64,000 nt of DNA, from the NCBI GenBank assembly GCA_016841065.1, contig JAENZW010000001.1, positions 6,502 to 70,501 on the forward strand, in the 5' to 3' direction. Position numbers and translations under genes: made by a program. The notes below the pieces were generated by a model that was not told the DNA's origin, searched no databases, and was given only the letters and a program-made list of their open reading frames with translations. This document shows positions 17,294 through 27,095 of the stretch, one piece after another (within the stretch, counting starts at the first letter, position 1; each line of letters starts with the position of its first letter). This DNA comes from Actinomycetota bacterium. GTDB taxonomy: Bacteria > Actinomycetota > Coriobacteriia > Anaerosomatales > JAENZW01.

Positions 17294-18779
17294 GGCCGAG
17301 TTCGCCCCACATCTCGTCGACGCGCTTCCGTATCTCGGGGCTCATCTCGAGCGACTCGGGCCACTCTCGCTCGTGACCTTCCCCCGGAATCGGACGGGTC
17401 GCATCGATGCCCATCTTGAACCCGAACGACTCGTAGTTGCTGGAGTGATCGAGCCGGTCGAGCGGACCCTTCGAGATGAGGACATCGCGTGATGGATCGA
17501 CGTTGTTGAAACAGCGCCAGGCAACCTGCGAGTAGTCGTGGCAGTCGACGTCCTCGTCCACGACGATGACAAACTTCGTGAACATCATCTGGCCCATCGA
17601 CCACGCGAAGTTCATCACCCGGAATGCCTGACCGGCGAACTCTTTCTTGATCTGGAAGATGGCACAGTTGTGGAACACGCCCTCAAGCGGCAAGTCGTAG
17701 TCGATGACTTCCGGCATCAAAGCACGGATGACCGGCAGGAACAGGCGCTCCGTTGCTTTCCCGAGATAGCAGTCCTCCATCGGCGGTGGCCCGACGATCG
17801 TCGTCGGGTAGATGGCGTCCTTGCGCATTGTGACAGCCTCAACGTGGAATACCGGGAAGTCGTCCGCCAGCGAGTAGTAGCCCGTATGATCGCCGAAAGG
17901 ACCCTCCCACCTCGTCTCGTCGAGATCACACCACCCCTCGAGCACTATCTCGGCGTGCGCGGGAACGAGCAGGTCGTTCGTGAGGCACTTGACGACCTCG
18001 ACGCTCTCGCCGCGCAGGATGCCGGAGAAGAGGTACTCGTCGATCATGGGCGGAACAGGAGCAGTGGCCGCGAAGATCGTCACGGGGTCTGCTCCGAGCG
18101 CAACGGAGACGGGGACGCGCGACACACCTTCCCGCTTCCACGCCCGCAGGTTCTTCGCGCCATCGTGGTGCTCGTGGATGTGGAGGCCGGTCGTCTTGGA
18201 GTCGAACACCTGGAGGCGGTACATTCCGACGTTCAGTTTGCCTTTGGGATCACTCGTGACGACCAGTGGCAGGGTCACGAACGGTCCTCCGTCGCCGGGC
18301 CAGGTGGTCAAGACCGGCAGTCTCGCGAGATCCACGTCGTCGCCGCGCCAGACCACTTCCTGACATGGTGCCTTGCCCTGCTTGATCTCCTTGGCACCCG
18401 CTCCGGCAACATCCTTCAGGCTCATGAGTACGCTCAGCTTGTCCTTCATCGACGCAGGCATGTCGAGAGGAAGCAGGTCCATCAGCTCCTGCGCCTTCGC
18501 ATCAAGATCGCGCCACGTACCGGTTTCCGCGTCGACGCCGAGCGCCCATGCCATCCGATCGTATGAACCCATCGCATTGATGAGCACGGGCATTCCGTAG
18601 GCGCGACCGCTTTCTCGGTCCACCGGGTTCTCAAAGAGCAGGGCGGGGCCGTTGGCTTTCGAGACGCGATCGGCGATCTCACCGATCTCGAGTTTCGGAT
18701 CTACGGGCGCGGCCACACGCTTCAACTGCCCTTTGGATTCGAGCAGACGCACGTAGTCGCGGAGGTCCTTCAAGGCCAT
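17286..18779 (-). CDS. ubiD: UbiD-family (prFMN-dependent) decarboxylase, menaquinone/ubiquinone biosynthesis type
   Basis: 497-aa ORF. MALKDLRDYVRLLESKGQLKRV N-terminus and length are typical of UbiD. Overlaps the UbiA-family gene by 8 nt. Confidence 0.88.
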   Translation of the reverse strand: MALKDLRDYVRLLESKGQLKRVAAPVDPKLEIGEIADRVSKANGPALLFENPVDRESGRAYGMPVLINAMGSYDRMAWALGVDAETGTWRDLDAKAQELMDLLPLDMPASMKDKLSVLMSLKDVAGAGAKEIKQGKAPCQEVVWRGDDVDLARLPVLTTWPGDGGPFVTLPLVVTSDPKGKLNVGMYRLQVFDSKTTGLHIHEHHDGAKNLRAWKREGVSRVPVSVALGADPVTIFAATAPVPPMIDEYLFSGILRGESVEVVKCLTNDLLVPAHAEIVLEGWCDLDETRWEGPFGDHTGYYSLADDFPVFHVEAVTMRKDAIYPTTIVGPPPMEDCYLGKATERLFLPVIRALMPEVIDYDLPLEGVFHNCAIFQIKKEFAGQAFRVMNFAWSMGQMMFTKFVIVVDEDVDCHDYSQVAWRCFNNVDPSRDVLISKGPLDRLDHSSNYESFGFKMGIDATRPIPGEGHEREWPESLEMSPEIRKRVDEMWGELGLG

Positions 18780-18797
18780 TCGTCCCCCTTGGGTCGT

Positions 18798-20537
18798 CTA
18801 CTCGGGACTGGTCGCGCGAGACGCGTCGTCGGCCATTCTCTCCGCGTCGGCGCTTCGCACCCTGGGATGATACCGCCCAACGAGGTAGCTGACCAGCGGC
18901 GACAAGAGCGCAGCAGCGCCGAGAGCGGTTCCCTGGATGAGGTCGAGGTCGTACTTGAACCCCCACCCTAGATCGGGAAGTCGCCATGTGATCTCCGCAC
19001 CCCATCTCCAGAGGAACCAGGCGACCTGGATGGCGATCGTCGCTTGTATTGCAAGAATCGTCGCAGGCCCAAGCGAGAGCCACCCACCTATGAAGGAGCC
19101 CTTCGGGCCGTACGGCCTCCGGCGGAGCAACGGATACACTGCTGCAGCAACCGAGACCGCAAGGAGTCCCGAGACAGCGGCCTCAAGCATGCGCGTGTTG
19201 AAGAAGGCTTGCACCAGATCCTCGCTGTTGAAAGCCGACAGCGACCAGCGATGACCGTGAACGACGAAGTACATCGTGTTGTAGACAGCGTAGTAGACAG
19301 CCGTCCCGGCGAGTGCCGAAACCAGGACGCGCCATGAGAGAGCCCCGAGAATACCCAGCGCCAGCAGTGCCGAACCCGTCAGCGCCAGCCCAAGCGGCAC
19401 CCTCGCCGAGCGGTCTTCGGCAAGCCGATCGGCAGACGCACGCTCGACCACAGCGCGCACTTCGGCATGCGTGCGCGCTCCGCCAAGCTGTGACTTCTCG
19501 CCGCCAAGGATGTCTATGTAGCGCTCCGCGAACCGCCGATACTGCGCGTCTGTTGCCGGGACCGGTTCGTCATCGGCAAGCACGTTCTCAAGCGCCTGTC
19601 CGACCGAGAACGACGGCACGCGCACGCCAAGAAGCGCCGCAGTCGTGGGCGCGATGTCGACCTGCTCGATATCCCCAACATCCAGTGTCACCCCGTTGCC
19701 GAAAAACAGCGCGGGCACCTGGGTGACATCGTTCTCCCAACCACCGTGGCCGCCCGCGGCGATATGCCCGTGGTCGGCAGTGATCACGAATGTAGTCCGG
19801 GAATCCCGCATTGCCGTCACGAGCCGCGCGATGTCAGTGTCGATACGGGCAACGACGTTTCGGTACTCCTCTGAAGCGGCGCCGTGCTGATGCGCCGTTT
19901 CGTCCGCATCGGGAAGATGGAGGACGAGAAACTCCGGATCGTGTTTCGTGACCAGATCAATCGTCTGAGTCACGAAGTCTGCACTCATATACTCAGTCTC
20001 CGACCAAGGCTTGAAGTAGCTCGCTTCCGCCCGGCCAGCACCATACAACTCGTCGAAGCTGTCAGGGCCGACGACGACCGTTCGCTTCCCTTCGGCCAGC
20101 GCAACGTCAATCAGGGTTTCGACCGGGACCTTGTCCTCAAACCAGTTCGTCGTCACCCCGCTGATCTGGGGTGGAGCTCCAGAGAGTATCGTCGTCCACG
20201 TCGGGTACGACAGCGAGGGCTGTGGAGTGGTGGCGAGCATGTCGGCGCCGTAGCCACGCAGGGTATCCAGACCGGCCATGCTTCTCGACGCCTCAAGCGT
20301 CAAGCCATCGATGATGATTAGAACGAGCCTCGGGCCGGCGGTCGCTTCCGAGGACGCAGCTGCGGGATCACCTGACCACGGCCGCGAGTAGTCCGCGAAC
20401 GGGCTCTCGTACTCCACTACCTGGTCCCACGAGTAGCCGGCCAAACGGTACGCCGCGAACGCGACGGCCAGGCAAGCGGCTATCGCCAACACACCGGCGA
20501 CCACTGCAAGACGTCTCCAGGTCACGACTACCGTCAC
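18798..20537 (-). CDS. membrane-bound alkaline-phosphatase-superfamily protein (nucleotide pyrophosphatase/phosphodiesterase-like)
   Basis: 579-aa ORF. N-terminal TM, then LVLIIIDGLT...SLSYPTWTTILSG...ITADHGH metal-ligand motifs, then about 5 C-terminal TM helices. Confidence 0.7.
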   Translation of the reverse strand: MTVVVTWRRLAVVAGVLAIAACLAVAFAAYRLAGYSWDQVVEYESPFADYSRPWSGDPAAASSEATAGPRLVLIIIDGLTLEASRSMAGLDTLRGYGADMLATTPQPSLSYPTWTTILSGAPPQISGVTTNWFEDKVPVETLIDVALAEGKRTVVVGPDSFDELYGAGRAEASYFKPWSETEYMSADFVTQTIDLVTKHDPEFLVLHLPDADETAHQHGAASEEYRNVVARIDTDIARLVTAMRDSRTTFVITADHGHIAAGGHGGWENDVTQVPALFFGNGVTLDVGDIEQVDIAPTTAALLGVRVPSFSVGQALENVLADDEPVPATDAQYRRFAERYIDILGGEKSQLGGARTHAEVRAVVERASADRLAEDRSARVPLGLALTGSALLALGILGALSWRVLVSALAGTAVYYAVYNTMYFVVHGHRWSLSAFNSEDLVQAFFNTRMLEAAVSGLLAVSVAAAVYPLLRRRPYGPKGSFIGGWLSLGPATILAIQATIAIQVAWFLWRWGAEITWRLPDLGWGFKYDLDLIQGTALGAAALLSPLVSYLVGRYHPRVRSADAERMADDASRATSPE

Positions 20538-21235
20538 CTCCAGCCGAGATACTCCTCTATGCCGAGAAGTGTACGCACCGCAGGCACGCGTGTCTCGACA
20601 CCAGTACGATCGATGAGCACCGGAACCATTCCCACGGAGCGCGCCCCCAGCATATCAGCGTAGTGGTGGTCCCCAACGTGAACCGCTTCACTCGGCCGCA
20701 CATCCAAGCGTTCGCACGCCATCTCGAAGATGCGGGGATCGGGCTTGTGCAAGCCGACTACCGCCGAAGACACCACCGTGTCGAGGTGATTCGCTATGCC
20801 CAGGCCTGCCAGAATCGTCTCGAGTCTGCGATCCCAGTTCGAGATGACACCCAGACGGAGATCCCACTCCTCGCGCAGGCGCTCGAGAGTCGGCAAGACA
20901 TCGTCATACGCCTTCCAGCGCGCCGGATTCCCGAACTCTTCATACACCCGATGCGCAAGGTGTTCCGCATCCTCTTCGATGCCGAGCTTGCGGCACAGGA
21001 GGCTGTACATCCCTACCCACACGTCCGACGTCTCGCATTCATCCGTCCAGAACGTGTCGTCTTCGCGATAGCGGTCCTCATAGTACGCATCGACAAGCGG
21101 CATCAGCTCGTCGATCGCTGCGATATCGCGCACGTGACCCGCAGCCAGCAACACCTCACGACAGACCTCTGAGACGCTGGGATACGGGTAGAGAAGCGTA
21201 TTCCCGACGTCGAAAAAGACAGCCTTGACGTCCAT
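20534..21235 (-). CDS. HAD-superfamily hydrolase
   Basis: Start trimmed to ATG 21235, giving MDVKAVFFDVGNTLL (HAD motif I DxD-like). GVISNWD (motif II) and HVGDHHYADMLGA (motif IV). Confidence 0.8.
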   Translation of the reverse strand: MDVKAVFFDVGNTLLYPYPSVSEVCREVLLAAGHVRDIAAIDELMPLVDAYYEDRYREDDTFWTDECETSDVWVGMYSLLCRKLGIEEDAEHLAHRVYEEFGNPARWKAYDDVLPTLERLREEWDLRLGVISNWDRRLETILAGLGIANHLDTVVSSAVVGLHKPDPRIFEMACERLDVRPSEAVHVGDHHYADMLGARSVGMVPVLIDRTGVETRVPAVRTLLGIEEYLGWR

Positions 21236-21239
21236 GCGC

Positions 21240-21806
21240 CTAGTCTCGATAGACGGCGATATCCGCGTGGCGATCCGTGTCCACCGGGTCAACAGCCGGA
21301 TATCCGACGGCCATCATCGCGATGACCGTGCGCTCCTCGGGAATCCCGAGAACCTGGGCAAGATCATCGCGAACCCAGTAGGCGAAGGTGACGGCACATG
21401 TGGCAACCCCCAGTTCGACGGCCGCAAGCATGATGTTCTGCATGGCACAGCCCATTGCGATCTGCTTGTTCAGGCGGGCGAAATCGTCTTCAGCTGGAGA
21501 CATCGTGCACGCGATCACCACGGGTGCATCGCCCAGCTCGGCAAACCAGCGTTCGGCGTGCTCGTCCGCCTGAACGCCGATGACCCTCAGGTACTCCTCG
21601 ACGTGTGCCGTGTTGCGGACGAGAACCTCCCCGACCCTGGCGCGGGCCTCATCGACTGCGATGTAGAAGCGCCACGGCTGCTCGTTCATTGACGATGGAG
21701 CAAGCGAGGCAGCCAGCATCATCTTGTCGAGAACATCGCGCGGAACAGGTTCCTTCTTGAATGCGCGAAACGAATGCCTCTTGCTCATTGCCTCGAACAA
21801 CTCCAT
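21240..21806 (-). CDS. nitroreductase family protein
   Basis: 188-aa ORF with KRHSFRAFKKEPVP and PSSMNEQPWRF motifs. Confidence 0.82.
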   Translation of the reverse strand: MELFEAMSKRHSFRAFKKEPVPRDVLDKMMLAASLAPSSMNEQPWRFYIAVDEARARVGEVLVRNTAHVEEYLRVIGVQADEHAERWFAELGDAPVVIACTMSPAEDDFARLNKQIAMGCAMQNIMLAAVELGVATCAVTFAYWVRDDLAQVLGIPEERTVIAMMAVGYPAVDPVDTDRHADIAVYRD

Positions 21807-21822
21807 GTGACGCTCCTCTGTT

Positions 21823-22950
21823 CTACCGAAGCTCTGCTAGAACACGCTCGCACACCGTCTGCGCCGCCGCAACCCTCCCGATTCCTGCGGCTGCCGCTGA
21901 GAGCTGGGCCATTCTCTCGGGATGTGCAGAGAGAAACCGCACCTTCTCAACCGTGTCCCGCCCGTCGCGGGAGGCGAATCCGGCACCGCAGTTCACCATG
22001 AAGTCAACGTTCCCTTGTTCTTGGCCCGGCACAGAACTGTGAACCACAAGGGGAACGCCCAACGCAAGAGCCTCGAACACCGTCAGCGCGCCGGCCCTGC
22101 CCACCACAAGATCAGCCGACCTCACCATTCTATTCATTCCCTCGACGAAGCCGAATACCCTCAGGTTCTCCGTCGTCTCTGCTAAATCCTTCAGGCGCTT
22201 CTGCGCACGCTCGGACTTCCCCGCAACGACTACCGTCTGCACTCCCGTAGAGGCAATCTCTCCGGCCAGATCCTTGAGCTCCCCTGGGCCTACGGCTAGT
22301 GAAACCAGGAGTACCGTGAAGCGATTTGCCAAGCCGAACTCGCGCCGGCACTCCGTGCGCTCGATGTCTTCCGAGAAGCACTCGCGGATTGGGACACCTG
22401 AGACGACGATTCGATCCCACGGTATGCCCCGCACGACAAGATCCTCGCGTGCCTCTTTCGCTGCGACGAAGTACACGTCGTTGCCGGGATGCAACCACGA
22501 CCCCCGAGTGTCGAAATCGCACAACACGTTCGCCGAGACCACATCACGGGACTGACACACCTCCGCCGCCACGCCTCCCGCAACCGGGAATGTCGCGACG
22601 ACAGCGTCGGGCTTGTGACTGTCGACGTAGGCTCTTGCGCGGGCAACTCCCATGAGCCTCAACTCATGGACGACCGGATTCGTCGGCAATCGTGCTTCAA
22701 GTTCGCCGAAAGTACCGAACAGCGCCGGAAAGAAGGGGGCGGGCTGCTGGTAGGCGAACTTCGCGAGAACGTTGAGACCGGGCGCAAACTCCTCGAAGAA
22801 GTCCACGACGGACACCTTGGTCTCATCGGCGTAGTGCCGGGAGTAGTACTGCCGTATCGCCTCGGCCGCGGAATCGTGTCCCGCGCCGAACGAGGCACTG
22901 AGGACGAGGATCTTCCTGGTTGGTGTCACGCACGCCCTTTCGTCGACCAC
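21823..22950 (-). CDS. MGDG-synthase-family (GT28) diacylglycerol glycosyltransferase
   Basis: 375-aa ORF. KILVLSASFGAGHDSAAEAI N-terminus and a C-terminal GAGFA.../GRAGALTVFEALALGVPLV region are typical of UgtP/MGDG synthases. Confidence 0.8.
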   Translation of the reverse strand: MVDERACVTPTRKILVLSASFGAGHDSAAEAIRQYYSRHYADETKVSVVDFFEEFAPGLNVLAKFAYQQPAPFFPALFGTFGELEARLPTNPVVHELRLMGVARARAYVDSHKPDAVVATFPVAGGVAAEVCQSRDVVSANVLCDFDTRGSWLHPGNDVYFVAAKEAREDLVVRGIPWDRIVVSGVPIRECFSEDIERTECRREFGLANRFTVLLVSLAVGPGELKDLAGEIASTGVQTVVVAGKSERAQKRLKDLAETTENLRVFGFVEGMNRMVRSADLVVGRAGALTVFEALALGVPLVVHSSVPGQEQGNVDFMVNCGAGFASRDGRDTVEKVRFLSAHPERMAQLSAAAAGIGRVAAAQTVCERVLAELR

Positions 22951-22962
22951 CGTCGACCACGG

Positions 22963-23784
22963 CTAGATCGCGTCTGCCGAAGGACGGTGCTTCACTAGTG
23001 TGACGACTGTGCCGCCATCAGCGCTGTTCGAGAATACCACCCTGTCCATGAGAGCCTTCATGAACATGATGCCGCGTCCGCCTGAGGCGTACAGATCGTC
23101 AGTGCACACATGCTCGCCATCGAAGCCTCCACCCATGTCCTCAACTTCGATTGCGATGCGATCTGGGAATGCGTGAACACGCACGGTAACAAGGCTCTGC
23201 TCGCCCGCTGGCGACCCGTGCCGGACCGCATTGGCGAGCGCCTCGCCCAAAGCGACCTTCACATCGAACAGAGCCGTCTCGCTGTAGCAGAGCGGGACGA
23301 GCAGCGCGCATACCCGCTCCCTGACGGACCCCAATGATTTCACGGTGGCCGATGTTTGCAGTTGTTCGGACCACAGAGGCATACCCGGATCGTCGAAGAC
23401 TTCGAGCCCCTGAAGCGCGTCCGAGACGGTGTCCTCCGCGCAGATCGTCTCGGCGACACTCACCAGGCCGGAGAGCTCGAGCACGCGGTTCACGTTTCTT
23501 GTGGCTCCCACAAGGACCACTTTGCCCGCAGAATCCGCAAGCTCTCGGTCGAGCCACACGAGCAGTCCCAGAGCCGTCGAGTCCGCGTAATCGACCCGGG
23601 ATAGCTCAAGGACTATGTTCGTGTACCCGGCAGCCACGAGGTCTTCTATTCCGGACCTCAATTCGGGCACAGCCGCAAGATCGATGTCTCCGGCGATGTG
23701 CAGAACTGCGGCGCGCACGTCATCGTGTCGTTCGGTTTCGAAGGGCATGCCGCTCCGTTCTGTGATCGTGCCAACCCGTGTCAT
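22963..23784 (-). CDS. fusion protein: STAS (anti-sigma-factor antagonist) domain + RsbW/SpoIIAB-type Ser kinase (HATPase_c_2)
   Basis: 273-aa ORF. The N-terminal half has STAS features (HIAGDIDLAAVPEL..., YADSTALGLL with a phosphorylatable Ser/Thr). The C-terminal half has an N-box (EALANAVRHG), G1 (VEDMGGGF) and G2 (GGRGIMFM). The start overlaps the upstream PP2C stop by 4 nt. Confidence 0.8.
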   Translation of the reverse strand: MTRVGTITERSGMPFETERHDDVRAAVLHIAGDIDLAAVPELRSGIEDLVAAGYTNIVLELSRVDYADSTALGLLVWLDRELADSAGKVVLVGATRNVNRVLELSGLVSVAETICAEDTVSDALQGLEVFDDPGMPLWSEQLQTSATVKSLGSVRERVCALLVPLCYSETALFDVKVALGEALANAVRHGSPAGEQSLVTVRVHAFPDRIAIEVEDMGGGFDGEHVCTDDLYASGGRGIMFMKALMDRVVFSNSADGGTVVTLVKHRPSADAI

Positions 23785-26700
23785 TTCTCCGCCCGCCGCT
23801 TGGCTGTAGCTCTCACCCGAACAACCAGCACAGCCGCATCATCTCTCAACCGTCCAGGAACGAACCGTTCGAGAGCCGCCAGGAGACGCTTCTTCACTTC
23901 CTCCGTATCACCGCCGTAGCTGAGAGCACGTCGGACACGTCCCTCTCCGAAGAACTTATCCCCTCTCCTGGCCTCAGTAACGCCGTCCGTGAACAGAAGA
24001 ATCGTGTCGCCGCGCCGGACAGTCGTCCGCTCCTCGGTGTATCGGGCCTGCGGAACCGCCCCCAAGAGAGGACCAGTCGGCGACATGCGGTCCACGTCTC
24101 CGTCGGCCGCACGATACAGAAGCGCCGCGGGATGACCACCATTGGCGTATGAGAGGATTCCACGAGACACGTCGAGGAGCCCGACCCAGAGAGTGACGAT
24201 GTCGCTCGCTGTTCCCGCCTCCGCAACCATTCGGTTCACTTCAGCAAGCACCCGGGCGGGACCCAAACCCGCCGCAGCAAGACCACGGACGGAATACTTG
24301 ATCATCGACGTCTTCGTCGCAGCGGTGACTCCCTTGCCGCAGACATCCCCGATCGCAAGCATGATGGACCCATCCGGGAAGCGGAACATGTCGTAGTAGT
24401 CGCCGCCAATCTCCGCCTCATCACCGGCTGCGAGATAGATGGTGCTGGTCTCGACTTCTTCAAAGTCAGGAAGCGACTCGGGGAGGATGCTCGCCTGAAG
24501 CACGGATGCCACATTGTGCTCCCGGCTGTACATCTCTGCCGTGTCGATGGCCAGCGCAGCCTGGGACGCGAAGGTGTGCAGTAGCTCCATGTCCTCTTCG
24601 GTGTAGATGGCCACATCCGTCGCGAAGACAGTCAGCACACCCAGGCTCCGACCTCTGGCCAGCAAGGGAACCGCAATCGCCGCATGCAAGCCCTGACGCA
24701 CGGCGAGACGTGCAAGGCGTCCCACCGTGGACTCGAGATCATCGATGCATTGTGGCTTCCCCGAAGAGAACACCGCTCCGGCGATGTCGTCCCCGGGTGC
24801 GCACTTGAAGCGCACCATGTCCTGGGAAACGAGTCCCCTTGCCATGGCCGTTGTGATGCCGGAAGTGGTCGAGTCGATCGTCATGAGAGACACGGCGTCA
24901 GCCGAGAATATCTTCTGCACGACATCGAGCACGCGGTTGAGTACTACCTTGATCTGCAGGGATGAGCCGACCGCCTGACTGATACGGAAGATCGTCTCCA
25001 GGTTCGCCGCACGTCCGCGTGCCCGGTCGTAGTTGTATGCGATGTCGAGAGCGAGCGACACTTGCGCGGCGAAACCATCGGCGAGCCTGCGCTCCTTGTC
25101 GCCAAAGGGGGTGTTGCGCGCTGCGGATCGCATATACGCGAGCACTGCACCGGGCAGCCCGCCCCTCGTCGCCGTCGCAAGAAGAAGCTCACCTCCGCCG
25201 CGATTCGTTAGGAAGTCGTCGAGTGCATCGTCCTCGCCCAATCCCCCAATCACCGTAGCGAGCGTGTTCTCGTCGACGGCCAGGCGACCCCACACGCGCA
25301 GAAGCGCCGTCTCTTCGGCCGCGTCCGCCGCAGGCGCGATCCCCAACTCTCCTCGATCCATGATCGCGAACCCAACCCAATCCGCGTCAAGGATCTCTCG
25401 TGCAAGGGCATTCACGTCTCCGATGGCCACCTCGATGCCTACAGGACGAACCAGGAGCTCGGCTGCGGCACGCAATGTCTCCGCCTCACGCCGGGCAGCA
25501 GCCTCCATCTCGAAGAGACGGGAGTTGCGCACGGCGACCGCCGCCTGTGCCGAGAAGGCTCGCACCATGGCCCGCTCGGCCTCGGTGAAGGCTCTTCGGT
25601 CCGTCTCATACACGGCCACAACACCGACAGCGCCACGACCGACACGGAGGGCCGCAGCCAACCCCGTGAGCTCGGTGCCGGGAGCCAGCGCCAGCCCGCG
25701 AATCGTGGCAGTGTCCGCGACGAACTCGATGGGCTCATCAGACCGGAGCGCATCTGCAAGCCACGATTCATCGTCAGCAGAAGCCTGCATCTCGCACGCG
25801 TCGAAGCCCTGACATGCCACAAGACTCAAAACGCGCTCCTTCTCATCAAGCAGATACACCGCAACCCGTGTGCTCCCCAGGATGTGGCTCATGGCAGCGA
25901 GTATTCCGTTGAGCACCTGATCGAGACTCCGAGAGCTAGCCAGGAGTTGTGAGAGATCGCGCAGCGAGTTCAGCCGGAGCGCAACCTCGTTGAATGCGTC
26001 TGCGAGGCTACCCAGCTCGTCCGTTCGATCGCTGTATATCTGCTGTACGTATCCACCTCGCACAGCCGACCGCGCATGCGCCTCGAGATCCCTGATAGGC
26101 GCTACGAGACGTCTCGAGAACACGATGCCTACCGCTAGAGAGAATACGGCGCTCAACAGCAACGCCGCGACTGCAGGAGTGAGTGCCCGGATCGTCGCGC
26201 CCACAACAGCGGACCTTGGCTCCGCCAGCACAACCCTCCAGTCCAGACCCGGATAGTCTCCGACCGGCGAGTACTCGCCAGCCAGAACCGTTCCGTCGTC
26301 TGACACGGCTGTAGCCGCCCCGACCTCTCCCTCCCCGTACGGCTCGAACACCAGGGACCCGGCACTGACAGAAGGGCCTACCGAGCTCGTTGCAACAAGA
26401 CTGCCCACGGCGTCAGTGACCGCAATCCATCGCCCCTCACCGCCGGAGGAGAAGCCGTTGAGCAGAGCTTTCAACCACCCGGTGCGCACCCGTGCCGAAA
26501 CGATCAGTTCCCGGCTGGCGGTACGAACGCGTCGGGCAACCCACAGCTCGTTCTCGCCGGCGAAGACCACCCGGGCGCTTCCGTCCACCGCAGATTCGGC
26601 CAGCATCTGTCCTGGTAGGGAACTCACGACCCGTCCAGACGGAAGGGCGAGCAGTACCCTGTCAGGTCCTTCTGAGACTGCCAGACGGTCGATGTACTCG

Positions 26701-27071
26701 CCGCCAACCTCGAACTGCGCCGCGAGGGCATCCTCGTTCAGACCCTCGTCGGTCATCCCGATGACGATTCCACTCGCCCGGTCGATGATCTCGAAGGCCG
26801 CGTCAAGCCTGACCCCGATGGCGTCGATGGTTGCCTGGCGATACGCGGAGTGGCGCGCTGTCGCCTCGTCACGGGCGAGTGAGAAGACGCCGACAAGGGC
26901 GAAGATACTCACGACCGTGACCGAAACGCCGACCACGAGAATCAAGAGCACCATCAGGTTGTTGGCTAGGCTACTCCGGTTCGGACGACCGGCCATTGAG
27001 TACAGCTCCCCCTCACGGGCGCGATACATGCGTACCAATCGTACCGCCCGCGCGTGCGCCGCACCATCCAA
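23781..27071 (-). CDS. membrane sensor: extracytoplasmic domain-HAMP-GAF x3-PP2C (SpoIIE/RsbU-type) phosphatase
   Basis: 1096-aa ORF. Two TM helices flank a roughly 250-aa outside domain. HAMP (PIRDLEAHA...DELGSLADAFNEVA), three GAF-like blocks, and a C-terminal PP2C (IGGDYYD, AIGDVCGKGVTAA, LFTDGVTEA). The start could be the internal ATG near 26996. Confidence 0.82.
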   Translation of the reverse strand: MDGAAHARAVRLVRMYRAREGELYSMAGRPNRSSLANNLMVLLILVVGVSVTVVSIFALVGVFSLARDEATARHSAYRQATIDAIGVRLDAAFEIIDRASGIVIGMTDEGLNEDALAAQFEVGGEYIDRLAVSEGPDRVLLALPSGRVVSSLPGQMLAESAVDGSARVVFAGENELWVARRVRTASRELIVSARVRTGWLKALLNGFSSGGEGRWIAVTDAVGSLVATSSVGPSVSAGSLVFEPYGEGEVGAATAVSDDGTVLAGEYSPVGDYPGLDWRVVLAEPRSAVVGATIRALTPAVAALLLSAVFSLAVGIVFSRRLVAPIRDLEAHARSAVRGGYVQQIYSDRTDELGSLADAFNEVALRLNSLRDLSQLLASSRSLDQVLNGILAAMSHILGSTRVAVYLLDEKERVLSLVACQGFDACEMQASADDESWLADALRSDEPIEFVADTATIRGLALAPGTELTGLAAALRVGRGAVGVVAVYETDRRAFTEAERAMVRAFSAQAAVAVRNSRLFEMEAAARREAETLRAAAELLVRPVGIEVAIGDVNALAREILDADWVGFAIMDRGELGIAPAADAAEETALLRVWGRLAVDENTLATVIGGLGEDDALDDFLTNRGGGELLLATATRGGLPGAVLAYMRSAARNTPFGDKERRLADGFAAQVSLALDIAYNYDRARGRAANLETIFRISQAVGSSLQIKVVLNRVLDVVQKIFSADAVSLMTIDSTTSGITTAMARGLVSQDMVRFKCAPGDDIAGAVFSSGKPQCIDDLESTVGRLARLAVRQGLHAAIAVPLLARGRSLGVLTVFATDVAIYTEEDMELLHTFASQAALAIDTAEMYSREHNVASVLQASILPESLPDFEEVETSTIYLAAGDEAEIGGDYYDMFRFPDGSIMLAIGDVCGKGVTAATKTSMIKYSVRGLAAAGLGPARVLAEVNRMVAEAGTASDIVTLWVGLLDVSRGILSYANGGHPAALLYRAADGDVDRMSPTGPLLGAVPQARYTEERTTVRRGDTILLFTDGVTEARRGDKFFGEGRVRRALSYGGDTEEVKKRLLAALERFVPGRLRDDAAVLVVRVRATAKRRAEK

Positions 27072-27095
27072 CGTGCCGCAGTTCAGGCCTCGAGC

